Below are positions 44,501-56,051 of a stretch of 64,000 nt of DNA, piece after piece. Position numbers and translations under genes: made by a program. Source of the stretch: Escherichia coli (GTDB lineage Bacteria; Pseudomonadota; Gammaproteobacteria; Enterobacterales; Enterobacteriaceae). Under the pieces are notes generated by a model that saw nothing but the letters and a program-made list of their open reading frames with translations, was not told the origin of the DNA and did no database searches. Where the stretch lies: NCBI RefSeq assembly GCF_003334255.1, contig NZ_QOWU01000012.1; one strand, written 5' to 3'. Each line of letters opens with the position of its first letter. Within the stretch, counting starts at the first letter, position 1.

Positions 44501-45400
44501 ATGAAGCGTGAAGAGATCGCTGATCTGATGGCGTTTGTCGTCGTTGCAGAGGAGCGTAGCTTCACTCGAGCAGCAGCCCGCCTGAGCATGGCGCAGTCAG
44601 CTTTAAGCCAGATAGTGCGCCGTATAGAAGAACGATTGGGATTGCGGCTTCTGACCCGAACCACGCGCAGTGTTGTACCCACTGAAGCGGGCGAGCATCT
44701 TTTGTCTGTTCTTGGCCCTATGTTGCATGACATAGATTCAGCCCTGGCATCCCTGAGCGATCTGCAGAACCGCCCATCCGGGACAATACGTATTACTACT
44801 GTAGAACATGCAGCAAAAACGATATTGTTACCAGCAATGCGCACATTCCTGAAATCGCATCCTGAAATTGATATTCAGCTCACCATTGATTATGGTTTGA
44901 CCGATGTCGTTTCTGAACGTTTTGATGCAGGCGTCCGTCTGGGTGGGGAGATGGATAAAGATATGATCGCCATTCGAATCGGGCCAGATATACCAATGGC
45001 TATTGTTGGCTCACCGGATTATTTTTCTCGCCGAAGTGTTCCAACGTCAGTGTCACAATTAATAGATCATCAGGCAATTAATTTGTATCTTCCCACATCG
45101 GGTACAGCAAATCGCTGGAGATTAATACGCGGTGGACGTGAAGTTCGTGTTCGCATGGAAGGTCAGCTTTTACTGAATACGATAGACCTGATCATTGATG
45201 CTGCAATTGATGGGCATGGATTGGCGTATCTACCTTATGATCAGGTTGAGCGGGCTATTAAAGAAAAAAAACTGATACGTGTTTTGGATAAATTCACACC
45301 AGATTTACCCGGTTATCACCTGTACTATCCACACCGTCGACATGCTGGCTCGGCATTCTCATTATTTATAGATAGGCTGAAGTATAAAGGTGCTGTTTAG
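44501..45400 (+). CDS. ycjZ: LysR-family transcriptional regulator YcjZ
   Basis: 299 aa; N-terminal HTH. Confidence 0.88.
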   Translation: MKREEIADLMAFVVVAEERSFTRAAARLSMAQSALSQIVRRIEERLGLRLLTRTTRSVVPTEAGEHLLSVLGPMLHDIDSALASLSDLQNRPSGTIRITTVEHAAKTILLPAMRTFLKSHPEIDIQLTIDYGLTDVVSERFDAGVRLGGEMDKDMIAIRIGPDIPMAIVGSPDYFSRRSVPTSVSQLIDHQAINLYLPTSGTANRWRLIRGGREVRVRMEGQLLLNTIDLIIDAAIDGHGLAYLPYDQVERAIKEKKLIRVLDKFTPDLPGYHLYYPHRRHAGSAFSLFIDRLKYKGAV

Positions 45401-45647
45401 CACTACTTGCTGATACATTAATTTAATTCTTCTCTTAACGTATTCTCAGTTCCTTTCAACGTTTTGGTCATTTTTTATTCTTCGTACAATGGCGACAGAT
45501 GCTGATTATGATACCGAAAACGGGTTTGAACGTGCGAAGCCCGAACGTAGTGTTCGGAGTTCTATGTGCTTTACCGCATTTTGGAGACTATTATTTACAC
45601 TAAATCTGATTTGATATATTGATACTTAAAACATTTGATGCTTCCTT

Positions 45648-45680
45648 TGTCACTTTTTTGATGGAAGTTGTTTGCATTTC
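45648..45680 (+). repeat. Copy 2 of the same element (tgtcacttttttgatGGAAGTTGTTTGCATTT), overlapping the mppA -35
   Basis: 17-bp identical core and ~29/33 identical overall. Confidence 0.7.
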
Positions 45681-45707
45681 TTTAAGGCGAAACAAATAAT
45701 TACGCAT
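45674..45707 (+). promoter_or_regulatory. Putative sigma70 promoter of mppA: TTGCAT-N17-AATAAT
   Basis: Hexamers read from the sequence ~35-60 bp upstream of the mppA ATG. Confidence 0.45.
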
Positions 45708-45736
45708 CAATTTTAATGTCGGTTAGAGGGAAACTT

Positions 45737-47350
45737 ATGAAGCACTCTGTTTCAGTCACGTGTTGTGCGCTGTTGGTCAGCAGCATTTCTCTTTCGTATG
45801 CTGCAGAAGTTCCGAGCGGCACAGTACTGGCAGAGAAGCAGGAGCTGGTGCGCCACATTAAAGATGAGCCTGCGTCGCTGGATCCCGCTAAAGCCGTGGG
45901 CCTGCCAGAGATTCAGGTCATTCGCGATCTGTTTGAAGGTCTGGTGAATCAGAACGAAAAAGGGGAGATTGTCCCCGGCGTTGCGACTCAGTGGAAAAGT
46001 AATGACAACCGTATCTGGACTTTTACCCTGCGCGATAACGCAAAATGGGCGGATGGCACACCGGTAACGGCGCAAGATTTTGTCTACAGCTGGCAACGTC
46101 TGGTGGACCCAAAAACATTGTCGCCATTTGCATGGTTTGCCGCGCTGGCGGGAATCAACAACGCACAGGCGATTATTGATGGTAAAGCTACGCCTGACCA
46201 GCTTGGCGTCACCGCAGTTGATGCCCATACTTTGAAAATTCAGCTTGATAAACCGTTGCCGTGGTTTGTGAATTTAACCGCTAACTTTGCCTTCTTCCCG
46301 GTGCAAAAAGCCAACGTAGAAAGCGGTAAAGAGTGGACGAAACCCGGAAATCTGATCGGCAATGGCGCTTATGTTCTTAAAGAGCGCGTAGTCAATGAAA
46401 AACTGGTCGTGGTACCGAATACCCATTATTGGGATAACGCCAAAACGGTACTGCAAAAAGTGACCTTCCTGCCAATTAATCAGGAATCCGCAGCCACTAA
46501 GCGTTACCTCGCGGGGGATATTGATATCACCGAATCCTTCCCGAAAAATATGTATCAGAAGCTGTTGAAGGATATTCCGGGGCAGGTTTATACGCCGCCG
46601 CAGCTCGGGACCTATTATTATGCGTTTAACACGCAAAAAGGGCCGACGGCAGATCAGCGCGTTCGTCTGGCATTAAGTATGACGATAGATCGCCGCCTGA
46701 TGACCGAAAAAGTATTAGGGACGGGCGAAAAGCCAGCGTGGCATTTTACACCAGATGTTACCGCGGGATTTACGCCGGAACCTTCGCCGTTTGAACAAAT
46801 GAGTCAGGAAGAACTGAATGCGCAGGCAAAAACTTTGTTGAGCGCAGCTGGTTATGGTCCGCAAAAACCGCTGAAGCTGACGCTTTTGTATAACACTTCA
46901 GAAAACCATCAAAAAATTGCGATTGCTGTAGCATCGATGTGGAAAAAGAACCTTGGCGTAGATGTTAAATTGCAAAATCAGGAATGGAAAACCTATATCG
47001 ATAGCCGTAACACCGGCAATTTTGATGTTATCCGCGCCTCGTGGGTGGGGGATTATAATGAACCCTCCACTTTCCTGACATTATTAACGTCAACGCATTC
47101 AGGAAATATTTCACGCTTTAACAATCCGGCATATGACAAAGTTCTGGCCCAGGCATCGACGGAAAATACCGTTAAAGCGCGTAATGCCGATTACAACGCG
47201 GCAGAAAAAATCCTCATGGAGCAAGCACCGATTGCACCAATTTATCAATATACCAATGGACGATTAATCAAGCCGTGGCTGAAAGGTTATCCCATTAATA
47301 ATCCTGAAGATGTGGCGTACAGTCGGACTATGTATATTGTGAAGCATTGA
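45737..47350 (+). CDS. mppA: Periplasmic murein tripeptide-binding protein MppA (SBP family 5)
   Basis: MKHSVSVTCCALLVSSISLSYAAEVPSG... (537 aa) from ATG 45737. Confidence 0.9.
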   Translation: MKHSVSVTCCALLVSSISLSYAAEVPSGTVLAEKQELVRHIKDEPASLDPAKAVGLPEIQVIRDLFEGLVNQNEKGEIVPGVATQWKSNDNRIWTFTLRDNAKWADGTPVTAQDFVYSWQRLVDPKTLSPFAWFAALAGINNAQAIIDGKATPDQLGVTAVDAHTLKIQLDKPLPWFVNLTANFAFFPVQKANVESGKEWTKPGNLIGNGAYVLKERVVNEKLVVVPNTHYWDNAKTVLQKVTFLPINQESAATKRYLAGDIDITESFPKNMYQKLLKDIPGQVYTPPQLGTYYYAFNTQKGPTADQRVRLALSMTIDRRLMTEKVLGTGEKPAWHFTPDVTAGFTPEPSPFEQMSQEELNAQAKTLLSAAGYGPQKPLKLTLLYNTSENHQKIAIAVASMWKKNLGVDVKLQNQEWKTYIDSRNTGNFDVIRASWVGDYNEPSTFLTLLTSTHSGNISRFNNPAYDKVLAQASTENTVKARNADYNAAEKILMEQAPIAPIYQYTNGRLIKPWLKGYPINNPEDVAYSRTMYIVKH

Positions 47351-47374
47351 TGTGATGGGAACTGGCGTTACCCT

Positions 47375-47400
47375 TGTGCATAACGCCAGTGATGTCTGAT
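47375..47400. terminator. Hairpin (ggcgttacccttgtgcataacgcc) between the convergent mppA and ynaI
   Basis: 8-bp stem seen in the sequence. Confidence 0.5.
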
Positions 47401-48432
47401 TTAGCGACCCTGTTCCGGCGGTGTAATGTTATCCATATACAGCGTCTGGCTGGGGAAGGCAAAGTCCGCGCCGTGTGACTGTACAATATCGATAATCTTC
47501 AAATAAACGTCTTGCTGTGCAGCAAGCCATTCAGCCCATACCGTGGTTTTGGTAAAGCAATAAACCATAATATTCAATGAAGAGTCAGCAAACTGGTTGA
47601 AATAAACCAGTAAGGTTTGTCGCTGGTCGATGGCCGGGTGATTTTTCAGCATCTCACGTACAGCTTCGACAATAACGCCCACTTTTGCCGCATCCTCATA
47701 ACGTAAACCAATGGTCGTGGTAATGCGGCGGTTGGTCATTCGTCCTGGGTTTTCTACGCTGATCGACGAAAACAGCGAGTTCGGTACGTACAATGGACGA
47801 TTATCAAAGGTCGTAATTTTGGTAATTCGCCAGCCAATTTCCGCTACTGTACCTTCGATATTTCTGTCCGGTGAACGGATCCAGTCGCCAATACTGAAAG
47901 GACGGTCGAAATAGAGCATAATCCCGGAAAAGAAGTTACTCAGAATATCTTTACCGGCCATACCGACAGCCAGACCACCAATACCACCAAAGGTCAGCAA
48001 GCCAGAAAGGCTCATGCCGAAATGTTCGCCATAAAGCAGAACAAGCACCACAATAATGGTGATTTTGATGATACGCGACATAATCCGCGCACTGGTGATA
48101 TCGCGACCTTTTTTAATCTGCTGTTTTTCAAACTGATTAATCAGCAGAAATAGCTTAATCGTCAGAATAACCGCAATCAGGGACGTACAGATAAAATCGA
48201 TAACGCCTGGGGTGATAAATTTGAGTTTATAGTTTTCTATAACATAATTAATAATGCTACCAACAGCACTGATAATTATGGTGTAGATTAAAAATTGCAC
48301 CGCATGGAATAAAAATCCTTTTCTTTTACGATTTCCACGGCGAAACCAAAAGCTCATCAGAATCAATGCTGCGCAGCTACCGAAAATAATGACCAGATTA
48401 AGCGCATTATTTGTAAACAGTTCAGCGATCAT
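47401..48432 (-). CDS. ynaI: MscS-family mechanosensitive channel YnaI
   Basis: 343 aa. Confidence 0.9.
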
Positions 48433-48675
48433 TGTTTTATCAGGCTCCTCCAGATAATTGTCGTCATGCCGGAAACCCCTGGCGGGGCTATTTTACCGCG
48501 ACAATTCATTCAGATCATCAATAGTCAGGGAAGGAAGTAGCAACATTAGCTAACTAATCAATGCGTTGATTGTAAATCCAGCTAAGAGGTGAGGTTTTCA
48601 GAGCAGACAACGGTGAAATGTCATGGTATTGTTACGTTTAGGTAACAAGAAATTTGTCTGCACAAGGATTACATC

Positions 48676-48933
48676 ATGATTATGGCGAAACTGAAGTCAG
48701 CGAAAGGGAAGAAATTTCTCTTTGGTTTGTTGGCGGTTTTCATTATTGCGGCGTCGGTTGTGACTCGCGCGACCATCGGCGGCGTTATAGAACAGTACAA
48801 TATTCCGCTGTCTGAGTGGACGACATCAATGTATGTGATTCAGTCATCGATGATTTTTGTTTATAGCCTGGTCTTTACTGTGTTGCTGGCAATCCCGTTG
48901 GGAATTTATTTCCTTGGCGGCGAAGAGCAGTAA
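48676..48933 (+). CDS. ynaJ: DUF2534 small membrane protein YnaJ
   Basis: 85 aa, two TM segments. Confidence 0.8.
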   Translation: MIMAKLKSAKGKKFLFGLLAVFIIAASVVTRATIGGVIEQYNIPLSEWTTSMYVIQSSMIFVYSLVFTVLLAIPLGIYFLGGEEQ

Positions 48934-48934
48934 G

Positions 48935-48970
48935 TAAAAAATAGGCCCGATAACTCGGGCCTTGTCAGTT
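48935..48970. terminator. Bidirectional terminator (aaaaaat-ggcccgataactcgggcc-ttgtcagtt) between ynaJ and uspE
   Basis: Stem ggcccg/cgggcc with A-run and T-rich flanks. Confidence 0.65.
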
Positions 48971-48982
48971 ATTGAAGAGTCG

Positions 48983-49933
48983 TTAATCGTCTTCTTCGTC
49001 ATCCAGTTCAACGGGTGTCTGATACTGGTCAGGTTTAATGACCAGCAGGTCGCAGCGAAGATGATCAATCACCTGTTCCGCCGTGTTGCCGAGGAATGCT
49101 GCTGAAATACCGGTGCGTCCGACCGTGCCCAGAACCACAATTCCCGCCTGTAAATGCTCCGCCAAATCAGGAATCACCTCTTCAGGCAGACCTTTTTCTA
49201 CGTGCGTCATGTTTTCATTAATGCCGAATTTCTGCCGCAGAGCTTTCATTGCCAGCAAATGTTGCCCACGAATGGCATCGTTATAAACGCTCGGGTCAAA
49301 TTCCGGCAGTTCAATCGCGATATTAATTGGCGTTACCGGATAAGCGCCAACCAGATGAACTTCGGTATGGTTGACTTGTTCTGCCAGTTCGATCGTCTCT
49401 TTGACCAGTTTTTCATTGAGCGCATTATGATACGGCTCTTCACTGGCGAGATTCACCGCCACCAGCGCCTTGCCTCCTTCCGGCCACGGCTGGTCTTTCA
49501 CCATCCACACCGGGCTTGGGCATTTGCGTAACAGATGCCAGTCCGTTGGCGTAAAAATCACCGCTTCCAGACGGTCATGTTGGTGCGCCATTTTTAGCAC
49601 CAAATCGTGTCCGCCGCTGATCACTTCCTGAATGATGGCTTCGAAAGGACGGTTATGCCAGACCACTTTAATTTCAATGGGAACGCCAGCATTGAGATAA
49701 TATTTTGCCTGCTCGTGGATCCAGGCTGTACGCTGGCTGATGACGCCCTGACGCATAGCGGTACGTTCGTCCGGGGAGAGCAGGGTGGTCATTTCGTATG
49801 AGAAGTCATAGATCGGCAAAAAGGCTTTAATTTTGCCACCAATCCGTTGATGTAAATAAACAGCTCGCCGCAATGCTGGTTGGTCGTCCTGGTTAGGATC
49901 GATAACAACGAGCATGTTCTGATACATAGCCAT
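48983..49933 (-). CDS. uspE: Tandem-domain universal stress protein UspE
   Basis: [24 protein letters not shown]... (316 aa) from ATG 49933 after AAGGAG. Confidence 0.9.
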   Translation of the reverse strand: MAMYQNMLVVIDPNQDDQPALRRAVYLHQRIGGKIKAFLPIYDFSYEMTTLLSPDERTAMRQGVISQRTAWIHEQAKYYLNAGVPIEIKVVWHNRPFEAIIQEVISGGHDLVLKMAHQHDRLEAVIFTPTDWHLLRKCPSPVWMVKDQPWPEGGKALVAVNLASEEPYHNALNEKLVKETIELAEQVNHTEVHLVGAYPVTPINIAIELPEFDPSVYNDAIRGQHLLAMKALRQKFGINENMTHVEKGLPEEVIPDLAEHLQAGIVVLGTVGRTGISAAFLGNTAEQVIDHLRCDLLVIKPDQYQTPVELDDEEDD

Positions 49934-50084
49934 ACAGGGTCTCCTTACAACAACTGTCAACGCAGTTTGTAATTAAAAGATTAACCCATATCTGGTGAAT
50001 GAAACAGTGATGAACCTTCTGCCAGATCAATAAATCAGAAAAATTTAATGATATGACAGAAGGATAGTGAGTTATGCGGAAAAA

Positions 50085-50837
50085 TCAGGCAACGTTACGC
50101 GTATGACCAGCAAGCTGGGCCAGCGCATCGTTATTTTCGATGGTGATGTATTTACCTTTGACTGCCAGCATACCGCTTTTCTGGAAGCGACCCAGCAGAC
50201 GGCTGATGGTTTCTACCGTCAGGCCCAGATAGTTACCGATATCGCCACGAGTCATCGTCAGGCGGAATTCACGAGGGGAGAAGCCGCGTTGGGCAAAACG
50301 ACGGGACAGGTTGTAGATGAATGCAGCCAGACGTTCCTCGGCATTTTTCTTCGACAACAGCAGGATCATGTCCTGATCGCCTTTGATTTCACCGCTCATC
50401 AGACGCATCATCTGCTGACGCAGATTCGGCATTTTACCGGACAAATCGTCCAGCGTTTCGAACGGGATTTCACATACCATCGAGGTTTCCAGCGCCTGAG
50501 CGAAGCTCGGGTGATGGCCGCTGCCGATAGCATCAAATCCCACCAGGTCACCTGCTAAATGAAAACCAGTGATTTGCTCGTCGCCTTGCTCAGTGATGGT
50601 ATAACTTTTAATCGTACCGGAGCGGATGGCATAAAGCGATTTAAGTTCATCACCAGCCTTAAACAGCGTCTGGCCTTTCTGAATAGGCTTCTTCCGCTCA
50701 ATGATATTATCAAGCTGATCAAGCTCATGTTCGTTGAGTGTGAACGGGATGCAAAGCTGGCTGATGCTGCAATCCTGGCAATGGATAGCACAACCGCCAG
50801 ACTGAATGCGCCGTATAATTCGCTTTTCCGGGATCAT
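50085..50837 (-). CDS. fnr: Global anaerobic regulator FNR (CRP/FNR family, [4Fe-4S])
   Basis: [34 protein letters not shown]... (250 aa) from ATG 50837. Confidence 0.95.
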
Positions 50838-50856
50838 AGGTCTGCTCAAGCCGTAA

Positions 50857-50870
50857 TTGATATTTGTCAA
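50857..50870. promoter_or_regulatory. FNR box TTGATatttGTCAA in the fnr promoter (negative autoregulation site)
   Basis: Perfect-half-site FNR consensus TTGAT-N4-ATCAA variant, 20 bp upstream of the fnr ATG. Confidence 0.7.
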
Positions 50871-51031
50871 TTTTAACATCTTTTTAGGGAGCAAGTAAGT
50901 CTAAGCAAACCTTAACAGCAGAGAATTCCGATATTAGATGTAAATATATGTCTATCTATTTGAAAAACCTTAAGTTGTTAAGGGTAACTTTACATAAAAG
51001 TGTGAACAAGCTGGCACAAATTGTTTAATGT

Positions 51032-51547
51032 TTACAGCAAAAGATAACCTTCGTGGCGCAATAACCACTCTTTTCGCTGAACTCCGCCTGCATATCCGGT
51101 CATGGTGCCGTTTCGGCCAATAACCCGATGGCAAGGTACTACAATGCTGATGGGATTCGATCCGTTTGCCGCACCAACGGCACGCGCCGCGCCAGGGCGG
51201 CCCAATTGTTCAGCCAGTTGGCCGTAATGCATTACCTGCCCGCAGGGGATAGTGCGTAGTGTTTTCCAGACTTCGCGCTGAAATGGCGTCCCCCCTGTGG
51301 CAGTGGGAAGCGTATCAATAATGCTAAGATTACCGGCAAAATAATCACGAAGCTTGTCGCTTAAACCGCCTGGGTTGGTGGCAGAAATGCGCTCATAGCC
51401 TTCTTTGCGATAATGGATGTTCAGCAGCTGCACCATGCGTTCGCTGTACTCTTCCCATTCAACCGCCCGCAGGCGAAATTGCTCATCGCAAATCACCCAC
51501 AGTGGACCCAGTGGCGTGGCAATTTTTTCTTCAAGTAATCTCAGCAT
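51032..51547 (-). CDS. ogt: O6-methylguanine-DNA methyltransferase Ogt
   Basis: 171 aa; PCHRV active-site motif (VPCHRVIG). Confidence 0.93.
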   Translation of the reverse strand: MLRLLEEKIATPLGPLWVICDEQFRLRAVEWEEYSERMVQLLNIHYRKEGYERISATNPGGLSDKLRDYFAGNLSIIDTLPTATGGTPFQREVWKTLRTIPCGQVMHYGQLAEQLGRPGAARAVGAANGSNPISIVVPCHRVIGRNGTMTGYAGGVQRKEWLLRHEGYLLL

Positions 51548-51557
51548 CCGTTCTCTC

Positions 51558-53090
51558 TTAAGACAAACGTGGGTAAATCCCCGGACCTATCGGCAGACCA
51601 ACAAGATACCACGCCAGCAACATCAGCAGCCATACCACCAAAAAGATAAGCGGATAGGGCAAGACTAACGAATAGTAAGTACCCAGTTTCGCGTCTGGTT
51701 TGTAGCGTTGCAGGAATCCAAGAAACAGTGGAACAAAAGGAGATACCGGCGCTAAAGGCAATACGGATGAGTCGGCAATACGAAAGAGGATTTGCGCAAA
51801 TGCCGGGTGAAAGCCAAGTAGCATAAACATTGGTACGAAAATGGGGGCCAGAATCGACCAGATTGCGGAACCGCTGGCAATAAACATGCATAAGAAAGAG
51901 GAAAGCAACGCCAGACCGACAAACGCCGGGATGCCGCTAAGCCCTGAACTTTCCAGTATATCGGTCAGCCCCACGGCGATGAATTTCCCCATGTTGCTCC
52001 AGTTAAACATGGCGACAAATTGGGCGAGGGGAAAAACCATCACGATAAATCCCGCCATCTCTTTCATCGGTTCAATCATTAAATGCGGTAAATCCGCCTG
52101 ACGTCGAATTGTGCGGGTAGCGATGCCATAAGCCAGCGAAACCACAAAGAAAAAAAGAATGATCAGTGGCACGATACCTTTAATAAAGGGTGATGGCATC
52201 ACGGTGTGATTAATCGGATCGCGCAATATCCCGTTTTCCGGGATCACCATCAGCGCGATCGCAGCAATAAAAAGTAGCGATACGACACCTGCTATGCGTA
52301 AACCAAAACGCTGACTTTCGGTCAATGTCTGCAGTTTCTCATCGCTGTTTCCCTGCCATTGACCTAACCGTGGTTCGATGATTTTGTCGGTTATCAGGCC
52401 GCCAACAATCGTCAGTACGACTACGGAGCTGGCCATAAAATACCAGTTATCAATTACACTGACGTGCATTTGCGGATTGAACGCAGCCGCCGCTTCCGTG
52501 CTGATCCCCGACAGCAACACGTCGGTTGTGACAATCAGTAAATTAGCCGTGAAGCCGCAACCTACGCCTGCAATGGCGGCCAGTAAACCTGCAACTGGAT
52601 GCCTGCCCACCGCCAGAAAAATCAGCGCACCCATCGGTGGCATGATCACTAACGCCGCATCGGAAGAAATGTGGCTGAAAAAAGCAATAAACAGCACCAT
52701 ATAACTGGCGTAGCGGGCATTAACATGCGATGCCATTTTAACCATTAGCGCTGGCAGTAAGCCGACGCGCTCCGCCAGACCGGCACCTAAAACCAGCGCC
52801 AGGATCGCACCAAGTGGAGCAAAACCGCTAAAGTTTTTAATCACATTGGGTAAAAACCAGTGTAATCCTTCCACACTGAGCAGGTTTTTCACCACCACCG
52901 GCGTACCATCGGTCGGGTTTTTCGCACTGACGCCAAAGGCCGACAAAATTGCCGTCGTCACCATGAGTACGATAATCAAATAGATAAAGAGCAAAAAAGG
53001 ATGGGGAACCTTGTTACCAATTCTTTCGACCCAGCCATAGAGCTTCCCGGATTGGGAGGACGACGGTATGGATGACATACTCATGGGCAT
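51558..53090 (-). CDS. abgT: p-aminobenzoyl-glutamate transporter AbgT
   Basis: 510-aa multi-TM ORF. The true start may be 2 codons in, at MSMSS (53084). Confidence 0.85.
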   Translation of the reverse strand: MPMSMSSIPSSSQSGKLYGWVERIGNKVPHPFLLFIYLIIVLMVTTAILSAFGVSAKNPTDGTPVVVKNLLSVEGLHWFLPNVIKNFSGFAPLGAILALVLGAGLAERVGLLPALMVKMASHVNARYASYMVLFIAFFSHISSDAALVIMPPMGALIFLAVGRHPVAGLLAAIAGVGCGFTANLLIVTTDVLLSGISTEAAAAFNPQMHVSVIDNWYFMASSVVVLTIVGGLITDKIIEPRLGQWQGNSDEKLQTLTESQRFGLRIAGVVSLLFIAAIALMVIPENGILRDPINHTVMPSPFIKGIVPLIILFFFVVSLAYGIATRTIRRQADLPHLMIEPMKEMAGFIVMVFPLAQFVAMFNWSNMGKFIAVGLTDILESSGLSGIPAFVGLALLSSFLCMFIASGSAIWSILAPIFVPMFMLLGFHPAFAQILFRIADSSVLPLAPVSPFVPLFLGFLQRYKPDAKLGTYYSLVLPYPLIFLVVWLLMLLAWYLVGLPIGPGIYPRLS

Positions 53091-53120
53091 TCCTCGGTTG
53101 TTGTGTTTACGTTGTTGTTG

Positions 53121-54566
53121 TTATTTTAAAGGTGACGGTGTCACGTTTTTCGGGATAGGGCAGTGATACGGTTGCGTGTCCGTTACTTGCTGATGCTCTT
53201 GTAGGCATTCTTGCAATAGCCCTGAATCAATGAAGAGATTGACTGTGGTTGCTGCCATAGTTTTCGCCGCCAGCAGCATTCCTTTATGAGCAATAGATGT
53301 TCGCCCCTGGCTAACCAGTTGCCACGTATGTAGCGGTGTACCGACGGCAAAACAGGGGCTGAAACTCTGGGCAACAGGCAGTTTCCAACTGACGTCGCCG
53401 ACATCAGTCGATGCCGCAAGCACGTTATCGGTGGCGGCATATGGAGCGACTTCATTCGCCAGTACCGTTTCACGATGACGTAGTGCAAAAACCTTGCCGT
53501 TTTCGCCACCGGTTGCGGCGATATTATTCAGACTGTTTTGCCGATCGTTGGGGGTGAGCGTAGCCTGAATTTGTTTCGCAAAAGCCAGTTCTTCGGAGTT
53601 CCATTCTGGGGTACCAAAATGGGATAGGGCCTGGTACATGGCATTTTCTAAGGTGCGATTCGGGAGATAACTGGAACAGGCTTTGTCGAAGCGGCATTCA
53701 ACCGTGGTTTCGGTCATCAATGCCGCACCTTCGGCGATTTTGGCGACCCGATCATAAATATGCTGCACGTCGGTCATTTCGGGGGCGCGGATAAGATAAA
53801 GTACTTCTGCCTGCGCCTGGACCACGTTGGGCGTGATCCCGCCGCTATCTGTGATGGCATAGTGTACGCGCGCTTTTTCAATAATATGTTCGTTGAGGAA
53901 GTTGGTGCCAGTGGTCATCAACGTTACGGCATCAAGGGCGCTGCGTCCCAAATGAGGGGAATTCGCGGCATGTGCTGCGATCCCTTTAAAGCGCCATGAT
54001 GCCTGAATGTTTGCCAGCGTGCGGGTATTGAACATACCGGCAAAGGCTTCCGGGTGCCAGGTGAGTGCCGCATCCACATCATCAAATACCCCCTCGCGGA
54101 CCATGAACGTTTTACCCGAGCCGCCTTCTTCGCCAGGACAACCATAAAAGCGTACTGTGCCGCCTTGCCCATATTGTTCCAGCCATTTCTTGACGGCTAT
54201 TGCAGCGGCAAAGGCGGCGGTTCCCAGCAAATTGTGTCCGCAACCGTGACCATTTTCACCGGGCGTCGCGGATGTAGGTTGCGCGCAACCAGCTTGCTGA
54301 CTTAAACCTGCCAGGGCGTCATATTCTCCCAGCAGGGCGATAACCGGTTTGCCTTGACCAAACGAAGCAATAAAGGCATTTGGGATATTGCCTACGTTGC
54401 GGGTAACGGTGAAGCCTGCAGATTCCAGCGCCGAAGCCAGATGCTCCGCTGACCAGAACTCTTCAAAACGTGTTTCTGGATGATCCCAGATTTGATCGGC
54501 AATATCGGTATAACGTTGGCGATCGGCTTCAATCGCATCGTCGATAAAACGATAGATTTCCTGCAT
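53121..54566 (-). CDS. abgB: p-aminobenzoyl-glutamate hydrolase subunit B (M20 peptidase)
   Basis: 481 aa. Confidence 0.9.
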   Translation of the reverse strand: MQEIYRFIDDAIEADRQRYTDIADQIWDHPETRFEEFWSAEHLASALESAGFTVTRNVGNIPNAFIASFGQGKPVIALLGEYDALAGLSQQAGCAQPTSATPGENGHGCGHNLLGTAAFAAAIAVKKWLEQYGQGGTVRFYGCPGEEGGSGKTFMVREGVFDDVDAALTWHPEAFAGMFNTRTLANIQASWRFKGIAAHAANSPHLGRSALDAVTLMTTGTNFLNEHIIEKARVHYAITDSGGITPNVVQAQAEVLYLIRAPEMTDVQHIYDRVAKIAEGAALMTETTVECRFDKACSSYLPNRTLENAMYQALSHFGTPEWNSEELAFAKQIQATLTPNDRQNSLNNIAATGGENGKVFALRHRETVLANEVAPYAATDNVLAASTDVGDVSWKLPVAQSFSPCFAVGTPLHTWQLVSQGRTSIAHKGMLLAAKTMAATTVNLFIDSGLLQECLQEHQQVTDTQPYHCPIPKNVTPSPLK

Positions 54567-55876
54567 CAGATACCTCGCGTCCAGGGAAAATTGAGCGAGG
54601 TGCGCGCCAGCGTTTCGACGGCAATAGCGAGAACCTGCTCGTCAAAATCGAATTTTTCGTTGTGGTGACCTGCCGCCAGTTGTGTGCCAAACACCATGTA
54701 GGAGGCTTGCCCTTGATGTTGCTGCACGCGGGCCATCATTAATGTGGCATCTTCGGAACCCGCAGGCGCTTCAACACGTTCAATGGCCTGATTGACCCCC
54801 GCGACCTGAGCCGCCTGACTTTGCAACCATGCGACCCATTGCGGCGAAGGAGAACTGGCGGTAGCTGCACCCATCAGACGAGTTTCAACGCCGACACCAT
54901 ACATGGTTGCTGCGCCCTGAATCGCTTGTTGTGCACGGTCAAAAACATATTGATTAATGACGTCGCTGGCCCCGCGTGTTTCCACTTTCAGCAACGCCGA
55001 GGCAGGAACAACGTTACGGCCGCTTCCTGCCTGCATAACGCCCACGTTTACTCTGGAAGCTCCTTCGCTGTGCGGGGCGATTGCATGCAGTGCAAGAGTT
55101 GCTTGTGCTGCCGCCAACAAGGCATTGTGACCGTCTTCTGGTTTTGCGCCTGCGTGAGCGGCGGTCCCGGTGAAGTGCGCGTCAAATTTGGTGGTTGCCA
55201 TAAAATTATCACTGCCGCACACCACGGTGCCCGCAGGTACGCCAGTGCCAATGTGCACGGCAGTAAAATAATCAACATCATCTACGACACCTGCATCGAC
55301 CATCGCCCGCGCGCCACGCGTACCTTCCTCTGCAGGCTGAAAAATCAGTTTGATGACGCCATGTAGTCCGGACTCGAACTGTTTAAGGGTATGCGCCAGC
55401 CCAAGCCCAATGGCGGTATGCCCATCATGACCACAGGCATGCATCATTCCGGCGTTACATGACGCAAAACCGTCGCGGTAGGGGCGATGGCTGACATCCT
55501 GCTCTTCACTGAGATCCAGCGCGTCCATATCGACACGGAAAGCCATAACTGGACCGGGGCGACCGGTATCCAGGGTGGCGACAATACCAGTGAAACCACC
55601 TTCAAAAGCCGCAATCCATTGTGCTAGCGCACCCTGTTGACGAGCGCGCTCGAATTCGCGTTGTAGAGTGAGTTCATCAGGTAGTCCCATCCGGCTACTT
55701 TCATTAACTACTTCGCGGCCCAGTGCCAGTGAATAGCCGAGCTGCTGCAATTCTTCCGCAACAAGGGTGGCAGTGCGGAATTCCACCCAGCCAGACTCTG
55801 CATAGTGATGAAAATCACGTCGCCAGTGCGATAATTTTGGGGCAAGTGAATTAACAAATTGATTCAAAGACTCCAT
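54566..55876 (-). CDS. abgA: p-aminobenzoyl-glutamate hydrolase subunit A (M20 peptidase)
   Basis: MESLNQFVNSLAPKLSHWRRDFHHY... (436 aa) from ATG 55876. Confidence 0.88.
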   Translation of the reverse strand: MESLNQFVNSLAPKLSHWRRDFHHYAESGWVEFRTATLVAEELQQLGYSLALGREVVNESSRMGLPDELTLQREFERARQQGALAQWIAAFEGGFTGIVATLDTGRPGPVMAFRVDMDALDLSEEQDVSHRPYRDGFASCNAGMMHACGHDGHTAIGLGLAHTLKQFESGLHGVIKLIFQPAEEGTRGARAMVDAGVVDDVDYFTAVHIGTGVPAGTVVCGSDNFMATTKFDAHFTGTAAHAGAKPEDGHNALLAAAQATLALHAIAPHSEGASRVNVGVMQAGSGRNVVPASALLKVETRGASDVINQYVFDRAQQAIQGAATMYGVGVETRLMGAATASSPSPQWVAWLQSQAAQVAGVNQAIERVEAPAGSEDATLMMARVQQHQGQASYMVFGTQLAAGHHNEKFDFDEQVLAIAVETLARTSLNFPWTRGI

Positions 55877-56051
55877 AACCTTTCCCGTCATCAGTAAAAA
55901 GTGTGACCCGGTTCACGTAGCGATAGTTTTTACTTATCACTAACTGATTTTTCACAGTTTTAACCGTTCATAAATTACCCTGACACAATCATCTGCATTA
56001 AAGTAGATGCCAGTTTCTTTGGTCTGATAAATAACGGTTATCGGTGGCGTC

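Noticed and set aside
50067-50558. 163-aa plus-strand ORF
   Set aside because: Antisense to fnr.
54821-55366. 181-aa plus-strand Cys/Arg-rich ORF
   Set aside because: Antisense to abgA.
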